From Candidatus Scatousia excrementigallinarum (GTDB taxonomy: Bacteria; Cyanobacteriota; Vampirovibrionia; Gastranaerophilales; Gastranaerophilaceae), in contig DVIU01000135.1 of assembly GCA_018711035.1 (NCBI GenBank), positions 1-45,318 on the forward strand: a DNA stretch of 45,318 nt, written 5' to 3'. Every line of letters starts with the position of its first letter. Within the stretch, counting starts at the first letter, position 1. The notes below the pieces were generated by a model. The model saw only the letters and a program-made list of their open reading frames with translations. It was not told the origin of the DNA and did no database searches. A program made the translations under genes and the position numbers. Below are positions 25,181 through 32,849 of the stretch, one piece after another.

Positions 25181-25867
25181 ATGCCAAAAGGTTTATTTAT
25201 AACAGCAACAGGTACTGATGTTGGAAAAACATTTGTCTCAGCAATTATTGTAAAAAAAATGCGAGAAATGGGATTTAACTGCGGGTATTTTAAACCTGCA
25301 TTGAGCGGAGCAGAAATGAAGGATGGCAAAATAGTAGCCGGTGACTGTGAATATGTCTTAAAAACGGCAGGAATGACTGCTAATCCCTTAAATTTTGCAT
25401 CTTATATATTCAAAACAGCGGTTTCTCCGCATCTGGCTGCTAAAATTGAAGGTGTTTCAATTAGCAAAGAAAAAATACTTGCAGATTTTGAAAAGAAAAA
25501 ACAAGAGTTTGATTATATCGTTGTAGAAGGAGCTGGTGGAATTGTTTGCCCTTTCAATTTAAAAGATGAAAAAATTATACTTCCTGATATTATAAAAATG
25601 CTGGGCCTTGACGTTATTGTTATCGCCAAGGCAGAATTAGGCTCAATTAATAGTGCTGTTCTCACCACAGAGTATATAAAAAATGCCGGAATCGGGTTGA
25701 AAGGTATAATTCTCAACAAATATAACGAAAAAGATTTTATGCAGCGTGATAATAAATTACAGATAGAAAATTTAACAGGAGTAGAAGTTATTGCGCAGGT
25801 AAAAGAAAATGAAAAAGATTTTGAAATTGACAAAGATAAACTATTATCACTGTTTAAGGAGATATAA
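25181..25867 (+). CDS. bioD: Dethiobiotin synthetase
   Basis: N-terminal P-loop FITATGTDVGKTFVS, VVEGAGGIVCP and the overall BioD length. SD GGAGAGG. Confidence 0.88.
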   Translation: MPKGLFITATGTDVGKTFVSAIIVKKMREMGFNCGYFKPALSGAEMKDGKIVAGDCEYVLKTAGMTANPLNFASYIFKTAVSPHLAAKIEGVSISKEKILADFEKKKQEFDYIVVEGAGGIVCPFNLKDEKIILPDIIKMLGLDVIVIAKAELGSINSAVLTTEYIKNAGIGLKGIILNKYNEKDFMQRDNKLQIENLTGVEVIAQVKENEKDFEIDKDKLLSLFKEI

Positions 25868-25869
25868 AA

Positions 25870-27231
25870 ATGGAAGTTTGTGAAAATAAAGACTGGGCAA
25901 AAACAGATACAAAATATATATGGCATCCTTGTTCACAGATGAAAGATTATGAAGACTTGCCTCCTATTGTAATCGACCATGGCAAAGGGGTTTATCTTTA
26001 CGATATAGACGGCAAACGCTATGTTGATGTAATAAGCTCATGGTGGTGCAATCTTCTCGGACACTGCAACCCTCATATTAATGACGAAATAAAAAAACAA
26101 CTTAACTCTCTTGAACAAGTTATTTTCGCAAATTTTACACATAAACAGGCAATACGACTCTGCGAAAGGCTTTCAAAAATACTGCCGGAAGGCCTGTGTA
26201 AATTTAACTTTACTGATAACGGCTCATCAGCAATAGAGGCAGCAATGAAAGTAAGTTTTCAATACCACCAGCAAACCGGGAACCCGCAAAAAACCAGGTT
26301 TATGGCACTTACAGAGGCATATCACGGAGAAACAATCGGAGCACTCTCCGTAGGCGATTGCGACCTTTATACAGAACTTTACAAGCCTATACTAATGGAT
26401 ATAGTAAGAATAGAAGGCCCTGACTGTTACAGATGTCCTTACGGAAAAGATAGAGACCACTGCACCTGCGAATGCGCTCAAAAAGCTGCCAATACCTTTA
26501 AAAAATATGGTAAAGAAACAGCGGCACTCCTTGTTGAACCGTTATTACAGGGGTCTGCCGGAATGAAAGTTTACCCGCCTTTATATTTGAAAAAATTAAG
26601 AGAATTTTGTGATGAATACAATGTTCATCTAATTGCAGATGAAATCGCAACCGGTTACGGAAGAACCGGAAAAATGTTTGCTTTTAATCATGCCGGAGTA
26701 TCTCCGGATATTATGTGTCTTTCGAAGGGTTTAACAGGCGGATATATGCCATGCGCACTGTTTGTTACTACACAGAAAATTTATGATGCTTTTTATGATG
26801 AATATAACACCCATAAGGCATTTATGCACTCACATACATACAGCGGCAACCCTCTTGCATGCGCGGCGGCAAATGCTGTACTTGATATTCTGGAAGACGG
26901 GAATGTGCTGAAAAAAGCTAACCAAAATGCAGAATATTTCAACAAAATTATAAAAGAAAAGTTCGCCTCACATAAAAACGTGGGCGATATCAGACATATA
27001 GGATTAATAAATGCAATAGAACTTGTTAAAGATAAGCAGACAAAAGAACCGTTCGACTCAAAGCTCAGAACAGGATATCAAATATATAAAAAAGCACTGA
27101 ACAAAGGCGTACTCCTACGACCGCTCGGAGATGTAATTTATTTCAACCCGCCGCTCATTATTGAAAAATCCGACATGGATTTCGTGACAGACGTAGCTCT
27201 TGAGTGCTTAAAAGAAGTTTTACCCGAATAA
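25870..27231 (+). CDS. bioA: Adenosylmethionine-8-amino-7-oxononanoate aminotransferase
   Basis: Class-III aminotransferase motifs SSWWCNLLGH, EAYHGETIGALSVGD and LIADEIATGYGRTGKMFA, with the PLP lysine context MCLSKGLTGGY. Directly follows bioD. Confidence 0.9.
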   Translation: MEVCENKDWAKTDTKYIWHPCSQMKDYEDLPPIVIDHGKGVYLYDIDGKRYVDVISSWWCNLLGHCNPHINDEIKKQLNSLEQVIFANFTHKQAIRLCERLSKILPEGLCKFNFTDNGSSAIEAAMKVSFQYHQQTGNPQKTRFMALTEAYHGETIGALSVGDCDLYTELYKPILMDIVRIEGPDCYRCPYGKDRDHCTCECAQKAANTFKKYGKETAALLVEPLLQGSAGMKVYPPLYLKKLREFCDEYNVHLIADEIATGYGRTGKMFAFNHAGVSPDIMCLSKGLTGGYMPCALFVTTQKIYDAFYDEYNTHKAFMHSHTYSGNPLACAAANAVLDILEDGNVLKKANQNAEYFNKIIKEKFASHKNVGDIRHIGLINAIELVKDKQTKEPFDSKLRTGYQIYKKALNKGVLLRPLGDVIYFNPPLIIEKSDMDFVTDVALECLKEVLPE

Positions 27232-27308
27232 AGGCATAAAACACCGTCCGCCTGTTGAACAAGCGTATATTAAACACTTTTTAAAGACCACACACTCTTA
27301 ATTGGCGA

Positions 27309-27340
27309 TAAAAAATTTGAAACAAATCAACACTTCAAAT
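27309..27340 (-). terminator. Weak AT-rich hairpin + T-run downstream of the 31-codon mini-gene
   Basis: On the minus strand: atttgaa / 12-nt loop / ttcaaat followed by tttttt. It starts 20 nt after the TAA at 27360-27362. Confidence 0.35.
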
Positions 27341-27359
27341 CGTCTGTATTTTTAAGGGA

Positions 27360-27455
27360 TTATCCTTCTGTTGTTAATTCTTCCCAGATGCTTGGAACTA
27401 CAATTAACGCAGTATAAACGATAAATCCGAATAGAATTAAGTTGATAGCTTCCAT
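27360..27455 (-). CDS. Unannotated small ORF, 31 aa, single-TM hydrophobic peptide with an acidic tail
   Basis: ATG 27455 is preceded by AGGAGA (27463-27468) with a 7-nt spacer. Translation MEAINLILFGFIVYTALIVVPSIWEELTTEG*. It lies alone in a 339-nt intergenic gap, below the 60-aa cutoff of the ORF track. Confidence 0.55.
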   Translation of the reverse strand: MEAINLILFGFIVYTALIVVPSIWEELTTEG

Positions 27456-27570
27456 AAGAACTTCTCCTATAAGTCTACATGTAATATTATGCCCATGTTT
27501 GCTATCAATTTAACACTTTTTAACAAAATATTTAAAAAATTTTTCATATAATAAGAAGAAAGAGGAAAAT

Positions 27571-27885
27571 ATGGAAAAGAAACTAAAAGCATTATTTGAC
27601 AATTTATGTTGTTCACAGTGTAAAACAGGCTTTGATGAAGATTCATTTATAATAAAAAGAGAAGAACCCGGTTTAACTGTTACCCATTTAGTGTGTAAAA
27701 ACTGCGGTAAAAGTTTCGGAGTAGCATTCTTAGGTTTCTCCGGAATAGAAGTAAAGGACGAATCGCAGCTTGCCCTTGAAGTTCAGGAAGGCCCGGAACC
27801 AATCAGCTACGATGACGTGATTGACGCACACAGGTTTATCCGTGAGCTCGACGAACACTGGACTAAACATTTACCGAAATCTTAA
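27571..27885 (+). CDS. Hypothetical zinc-ribbon protein, 104 aa
   Basis: Two CxxC pairs (CSQCKTG ... CKNCGKSF) and an acidic C-terminal half. SD AGAGGAAAA. The stop overlaps the stop of convergent nupC. Confidence 0.6.
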   Translation: MEKKLKALFDNLCCSQCKTGFDEDSFIIKREEPGLTVTHLVCKNCGKSFGVAFLGFSGIEVKDESQLALEVQEGPEPISYDDVIDAHRFIRELDEHWTKHLPKS

Positions 27886-29162
27886 TTAAACAGTACTCCT
27901 GCAATAGCAGCCGACATATAACATGTTAAAGTCCCGGCAATTAAAGCTCTTACACCGAGTCTAGCCAGATTTTTGCGCTGGTTTGGAGCAAGTTCTCCGA
28001 TACCGCCAAGCTGTATTGCAATAGAACCGAAATTTCCAAAACTACACAGTGCAAAACAGGTTATTAAATAACTTTTATCTGATAAAGCCTGCGGAAGATT
28101 TGTTAAATCAACATATGCAACCATTTCGTTTAATACAAGTTTTGTCCCCATAAGACTTCCTACTGTAGTAGCCTCATGCAACGGAACCCCCATAAAAAAT
28201 GCAAATACTGCAAAAATTTTACCGAGAATCATTCTTAGCGATAATTGCGTCATATCAAATGAGGCAAAATTAATATGTAAATATTTAACAAATAAAATAC
28301 CAAACCCTTTTAAAAACCAATCTATCATAGCAACAAGTGCTACCAGAGCCAAAATCATAGCAATAACATTAATAGCGACCTTCATCCCTTCTGATGCTCC
28401 TGCTGAAATAGCGTCAAAGACATTAATGTAAGGCCGTTTTCTTTTGCTGTAGGTAATTTTAAAATCCTCACTCGTTTCTGGAATATGAGTTTCTGGATAC
28501 ATAATCTTAGAAATTACCAGTGCCCCCGGTGCAGCCATGAAAGACGAAGCCAAAAGATAATGTGCAGGAATTCCAAGTCCGATATAAATCGGCATTGTAG
28601 CCATTGAAATACAAGCCATGCTTCCTGCCATAGAGGCTAACAGTTCAGAACGGGTCAGTTTTGCAAGATATGGTCTAATCATAATTTGTGCTGCAATCTG
28701 GCCTACAAAAGCACTGGCAACATTAGATAAGGCTTCAGCTCCGCTGACAGACATTAACTTATTCATGGCCTTTCCGAATAACGGAACTACCCTTTGCATG
28801 ATTCCATAATAGTACAATATATTTACAAGAATCATCATAAAAATCAGAGAACAAATTAATTGCAATGCAAAAACATTTGCACCTAACCCCCATACAAGAT
28901 TAAGTTTTTCATTATCAATTAAAGGCCCGAATACGAAAGCCCCTCCTTCCTTTGCAAAATCAAGAATTTTCTGGATAAACATGCCAACATTCATAAACAA
29001 AGCTCTGCCAAGCGGAACTTTAAATATAAAAACGGCAAGTGCAACCTGCAATAAAAAACCGGTTCCCACTGTTTTATAATTAATATGTTTTTTATTATTA
29101 GACATGAAATAACATATTAAAAAGATTAAAATAATACCCAAAATTCCAAATAATCTGTTCAT
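27882..29162 (-). CDS. nupC: NupC/CNT-family concentrative nucleoside transporter
   Basis: Polytopic protein with the NupC-type N-terminus (MNRLFGILGIILIFLICYFMSNNKKHINYKTVGTGFLLQVALAVFIFKVPLG) and conserved C-terminal half. ATG 29162 (AAAGGA upstream) is preferred over the TTG at 29213. Confidence 0.8.
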   Translation of the reverse strand: MNRLFGILGIILIFLICYFMSNNKKHINYKTVGTGFLLQVALAVFIFKVPLGRALFMNVGMFIQKILDFAKEGGAFVFGPLIDNEKLNLVWGLGANVFALQLICSLIFMMILVNILYYYGIMQRVVPLFGKAMNKLMSVSGAEALSNVASAFVGQIAAQIMIRPYLAKLTRSELLASMAGSMACISMATMPIYIGLGIPAHYLLASSFMAAPGALVISKIMYPETHIPETSEDFKITYSKRKRPYINVFDAISAGASEGMKVAINVIAMILALVALVAMIDWFLKGFGILFVKYLHINFASFDMTQLSLRMILGKIFAVFAFFMGVPLHEATTVGSLMGTKLVLNEMVAYVDLTNLPQALSDKSYLITCFALCSFGNFGSIAIQLGGIGELAPNQRKNLARLGVRALIAGTLTCYMSAAIAGVLFN

Positions 29163-29394
29163 TTTTATCCTTTTCGATAATCTGATTTTTACTGATAACG
29201 AGGCTGAAATCAACTCTCATGCCATATTAATTTTACTTTAAAGTAAAATAAAAAACTTTAATTATTGAAAAAAATTTACTTAATATTTCTTAATATTTAA
29301 CCGGTTAACTGTTGAAAAAAAATATGTCAGCATTTTACTATAAAGGCAGAAGATAATTCTTTCTGCAGCATGGTTAATAGAAAAGGGGTATTAA

Positions 29395-32300
29395 ATGCGT
29401 ATTACTTCGGTCATACCGCAGGTTTATGCGGGGAATCTAAAAAGACAACAAACAACACAATTAACACACCAAAATCCTAACTTAATTAATGAAAAGCCGA
29501 TAAATTCGTTGAATTTTGTAGCACCGGCTTATATTGAGCATCTAGCTCAAAGGGGGGGGGTAGGATTCGTAAATTTAACCTTCACCGGTGCAGATAAAAA
29601 TATTAACCAGTTTGCTTCTTATTCACCCGAAAACAAACGTTATGGACTAAACTCATATAACTACGGCGGTCTCGGAGTTGTTGCTCAGGAAGCCCCGAAT
29701 AACTGGCGTATCAAAGAAAAAGCCGACGTCAGAGACTTTTCACCTTATCATTCATACGGAACGACCAAAGGCGGAGTCATGGTCGCAGAAGTTACAAGAG
29801 ATGAAAAGGGCAAAATAACAGAACGACACCTGCCGCAAAATAAATTCCATCAGGCTGCGCAAAACGAATCTCTAGAAGAGGTTGCCAAAAGGCTGAACTT
29901 AAAACCTGAAAATTTGGAATATGTTATTCAAATTGAACCTGATACAAAAGGTAAATCAGAGTTTGTTGTATTGAAAGATGCAAAAGCTTCAGGCTCTTTC
30001 AAACGTGCTTCAGATAATGCCGTTGATGAATTAAAAGAAATTAATTATAGATTCTTTGGAACAGATGAAATCAGCGACCCTGTTTTTATTGCACAAAAAA
30101 AGCTTGAAGCTAAAACAAGAGACGAAATTATTGAACCTCGCCTCGCTAAAATTAAAGAACAGATTGAAGCAACTTATCACTATGAACAAAAACTGAAAGA
30201 ATTAAATGAAGCTGATAATCAAAGTTTCAATAAAGACCCTTATTCTTTTGAACCGAACCCTAAGATTACAGAGATTGAAGAAGAATATAACAAAAAAATA
30301 GCCGAAGGCATAAAATCTATTGAAAAAGAAGTAGATGATGAATTCTATAAAACACTTGAAACTCCGGAATATAAGGATAAACTTGCAAAAATAACCGAAA
30401 CGGCGGCAGAAGCCGTACCGGAGCGAAATTATGTATATTTTGTACATACTGAAGATCTGGCAAGATTTGAAAATGCATACGGTATTGGAGCAAAAGGTAC
30501 AGGAGCTTACGGTGCATACGGAACCTATGGAACCTACGGTACCTATGGAACTTACGGAACTGAGGGAAGCGAAGACGGCATAAAACACGTAAGTACAAAC
30601 GTATTCTATGCAGATAATAACCGTGCATTTGTAGAAGGTCTGCCTAAATTAAACACCGCAGAACATGGCAATTTTAACCCTGCCAACCTGTGGCTGCATG
30701 ACCGTCCGGCATTTATGATTATGCACCATATAGCAAATAAATCTGCCGCAGGAGATGAATATTATAACGGCGGAGTAAAAGCGCACAGCTCATTCCATAA
30801 TCCGGGCAGAGACTATCAGGGCTGGATGAACAACCCGTTTGAATTCTTCCGCCTTGTTGCAAACGAACAGGACGTTGAAGAAATAAAAAATCACCCTCAG
30901 CTTAAAGAAATAAAATATATAGAGAAAAACTGGCATAAATTCGGCCCTAAAGATGGTGAAGAATTAACACCTGAGGCAAAATTCGTAAAAGAAATTTTTG
31001 ATCCTTATTTCAAAAACTTTATGGACGATTTTAATACATATAATATTTCCATGACACCGGTTGCAGGTGTAAAAACAAACGGTAAAAATTTTACTGCCGG
31101 TACCGTATCAATGAACTACGGTAAAGAAATGAAAAATCCGGATACTCCTGATATTGCACTCGGTATGACCAAAAAACTTTCAGAAATCGAAACTCACGAT
31201 ATCACAAACGGAAGTACTCCTGCAAACCTTCAACTCGATAATCCAAAAGCTAACTTCCACAGAAAAGGGCATCCGAATCTGCTTACAAAATTAAAACGCG
31301 GATTTACAACATATAATTACGAATATGAATTAGATAAAGACGGTAAAATTGTTAAAGATAATATTGACGAAGTATTGAAAGCAAAAGAAAGCAATACCAA
31401 ATGGTTATTAAATTTGATTGACCATGCTTATCAGGCAGGCGGACAAAGCGGAGTTACAAAGGTCTTTTGCAGTGACGCGCAGATAAGCAACGGCGCAACA
31501 GTTATCGGACACTTATCCGGCTTTAAAAAGGGCGATAATTTATTTATGGGCTGGGGGCGTCCGGATCCGCAGAAAAATTATCCGGCCTCAATAGGAGCAA
31601 TTAAAGAATTTATTGAATTTTTAAAAGATAAAAATATTCCCGATGAATTAAAAACCCGTACAAAAGGTATTTTTGGCGCAGGAGTTTGGGACGCAAGTGC
31701 AGAAGAATATAAATGGATAAAAGACTTAATTGAAGTACAGCTTCCTAAAATTGATAACGGTAAATATGCCGGAAATATTATGTACGTTAATAACTTCTTC
31801 CCTAATAGGCTTGTAGGGTGCGCAACATGGACGTTGTTCTCATCCAGATTTGAACCGTGCGGTATAACGCCGCTTGAGTCTTTTGCGTCAGCCACACCTT
31901 GTATTTCAATAAATACTGGCGGGGCACCTGATTTTATTAATAAAATGAGAGGCCTGCTTACTAAACATCCGTATCTGTTGAAACGTGAAAGACTTGAAGA
32001 AATATTAGGTAAAAAACTTGATTTCAACGGAGATGCAGCACATGATGCAAAAGTTCTTGATGGTGCACGCTGGGAAAATGCTACATTTGAACTTAAAGAT
32101 TGTATCATAATGGCAATGCAGTCTAATGATGAAGAATTCAAAAAAGCAATTCATGACCAGCTCAGTGAAGAATTAAAGAATCAGGAAGTAATCCCATACA
32201 AACAAATGGCTCAAAACGCAGGATTACAGCGTGATAAAATGGATTGGCACCAGAACGCCGATTATAATAACGGAAAAACAGCAAATGAACGTTACATGAA

Positions 32301-32577
32301 TGAAGTTTTTGAAAGAAATAAAGGCATAGAAGCCAGAAACAAAAATCCGATGAAGCGTTTTGTAGGAAAATTCGGAACTGCAACTGAAAAAATTGTAATT
32401 CAGGCAGAAGAAGCTGCCCAATCCGCTTCAACATCAAAAGTCGGAAAAATTGTAGCATTCAGTATTCTAGGTGCAGCAGCCATAGCTTCAGGCGGATACT
32501 ACTTCTTCCAGAAACGCCAGAAAAAGCTCGGTTTTAACAAACCTGTTGAAGAAAAATCATTTACAAAAATCGGATAA
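29395..32577 (+). CDS. Giant GT5 (glycogen/starch-synthase-like) glycosyltransferase homologue with large insertions and a C-terminal membrane anchor
   Basis: 1060-aa ORF. GT5/GT-B motifs in order: YGGLGVV, LWLHDRPAF, SFHNPGRDYQGW, ITNGSTPANL, GWGRPDPQKNYP, SSRFEPCGITPLESFASATPCISINTGGAPDF. A K/E-rich insertion of ~250 aa lies between the first two motifs. C-terminal TM IVAFSILGAAAIASGGYYFF is followed by a basic tail. Confidence 0.7.
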   Translation: MRITSVIPQVYAGNLKRQQTTQLTHQNPNLINEKPINSLNFVAPAYIEHLAQRGGVGFVNLTFTGADKNINQFASYSPENKRYGLNSYNYGGLGVVAQEAPNNWRIKEKADVRDFSPYHSYGTTKGGVMVAEVTRDEKGKITERHLPQNKFHQAAQNESLEEVAKRLNLKPENLEYVIQIEPDTKGKSEFVVLKDAKASGSFKRASDNAVDELKEINYRFFGTDEISDPVFIAQKKLEAKTRDEIIEPRLAKIKEQIEATYHYEQKLKELNEADNQSFNKDPYSFEPNPKITEIEEEYNKKIAEGIKSIEKEVDDEFYKTLETPEYKDKLAKITETAAEAVPERNYVYFVHTEDLARFENAYGIGAKGTGAYGAYGTYGTYGTYGTYGTEGSEDGIKHVSTNVFYADNNRAFVEGLPKLNTAEHGNFNPANLWLHDRPAFMIMHHIANKSAAGDEYYNGGVKAHSSFHNPGRDYQGWMNNPFEFFRLVANEQDVEEIKNHPQLKEIKYIEKNWHKFGPKDGEELTPEAKFVKEIFDPYFKNFMDDFNTYNISMTPVAGVKTNGKNFTAGTVSMNYGKEMKNPDTPDIALGMTKKLSEIETHDITNGSTPANLQLDNPKANFHRKGHPNLLTKLKRGFTTYNYEYELDKDGKIVKDNIDEVLKAKESNTKWLLNLIDHAYQAGGQSGVTKVFCSDAQISNGATVIGHLSGFKKGDNLFMGWGRPDPQKNYPASIGAIKEFIEFLKDKNIPDELKTRTKGIFGAGVWDASAEEYKWIKDLIEVQLPKIDNGKYAGNIMYVNNFFPNRLVGCATWTLFSSRFEPCGITPLESFASATPCISINTGGAPDFINKMRGLLTKHPYLLKRERLEEILGKKLDFNGDAAHDAKVLDGARWENATFELKDCIIMAMQSNDEEFKKAIHDQLSEELKNQEVIPYKQMAQNAGLQRDKMDWHQNADYNNGKTANERYMNEVFERNKGIEARNKNPMKRFVGKFGTATEKIVIQAEEAAQSASTSKVGKIVAFSILGAAAIASGGYYFFQKRQKKLGFNKPVEEKSFTKIG
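29552..29560 (+). repeat. Homopolymeric G9 inside the 1060-aa ORF (codons 53-56)
   Basis: Reads caa agg ggg ggg gta (Q-R-G-G-V). It is the longest G/C homopolymer in the window. Confidence 0.95.
30502..30561 (+). repeat. 9-nt tandem repeat, ~6.7 copies, encoding (G-A/T-Y)n
   Basis: ggagcttac ggtgcatac ggaacctat ggaacctac ggtacctat ggaacttac ggaact encodes GAYGAYGTYGTYGTYGTYGT. Confidence 0.9.
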
Positions 32578-32597
32578 GAAAAATTTAATAAAACCTA

Positions 32598-32626
32598 TTG
32601 ACAATTAATTTTGTTCTTGTTAAATT
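32598..32626 (+). promoter_or_regulatory. Strong sigma70-type promoter upstream of tRNA-Lys (TTGACA-N17-TAAATT)
   Basis: Consensus -35 TTGACA at 32598-32603. The surrounding ~30 nt are nearly identical to the promoter upstream of tRNA-Glu (40437-40465). Confidence 0.6.
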
Positions 32627-32742
32627 ATTCTTACTGGGACTAGCCAAAAGGATAGCACCGGGGTGGGGCACAAAGCTCTGATTTTTAAATCTTAACAACC
32701 CCCAATATTAAAAAATTAAATAGCATTGCAAATAAAAAATTT

Positions 32743-32815
32743 GCGCTTGTAGCTCAGCAGGTAGAGCACTCCCCTTTTAAGGGATAGGTCGCGCGTTCGA
32801 ATCGCGCCAAGCGCA
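32743..32815 (+). tRNA. tRNA-Lys (anticodon UUU), CCA not encoded
   Basis: Manual cloverleaf. Acceptor gcgcttg/caagcgc, D arm gctc-agcaggta-gagc, anticodon loop cuUUUaa, T arm gcgcg-ttcgaat-cgcgc, discriminator A. Confidence 0.9.
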
Positions 32816-32849
32816 AATTTTTATGTTATTATTTATTTAGTGAGGAAAA

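Noticed and set aside
29163-29213. TTG-initiated 17-codon extension of nupC
   Set aside because: ATG 29162 is preceded by AAAGGA and is followed directly by the first TM helix typical of NupC.
31578-32141. 187-aa antisense ORF inside the giant GT gene (similar long antisense ORFs at 19403..19876, 21270..21677, 38508..38993 and 6876..7172)
   Set aside because: All lie opposite strongly motif-supported genes and lack SD sequences. Their compositions are typical of antisense frames.
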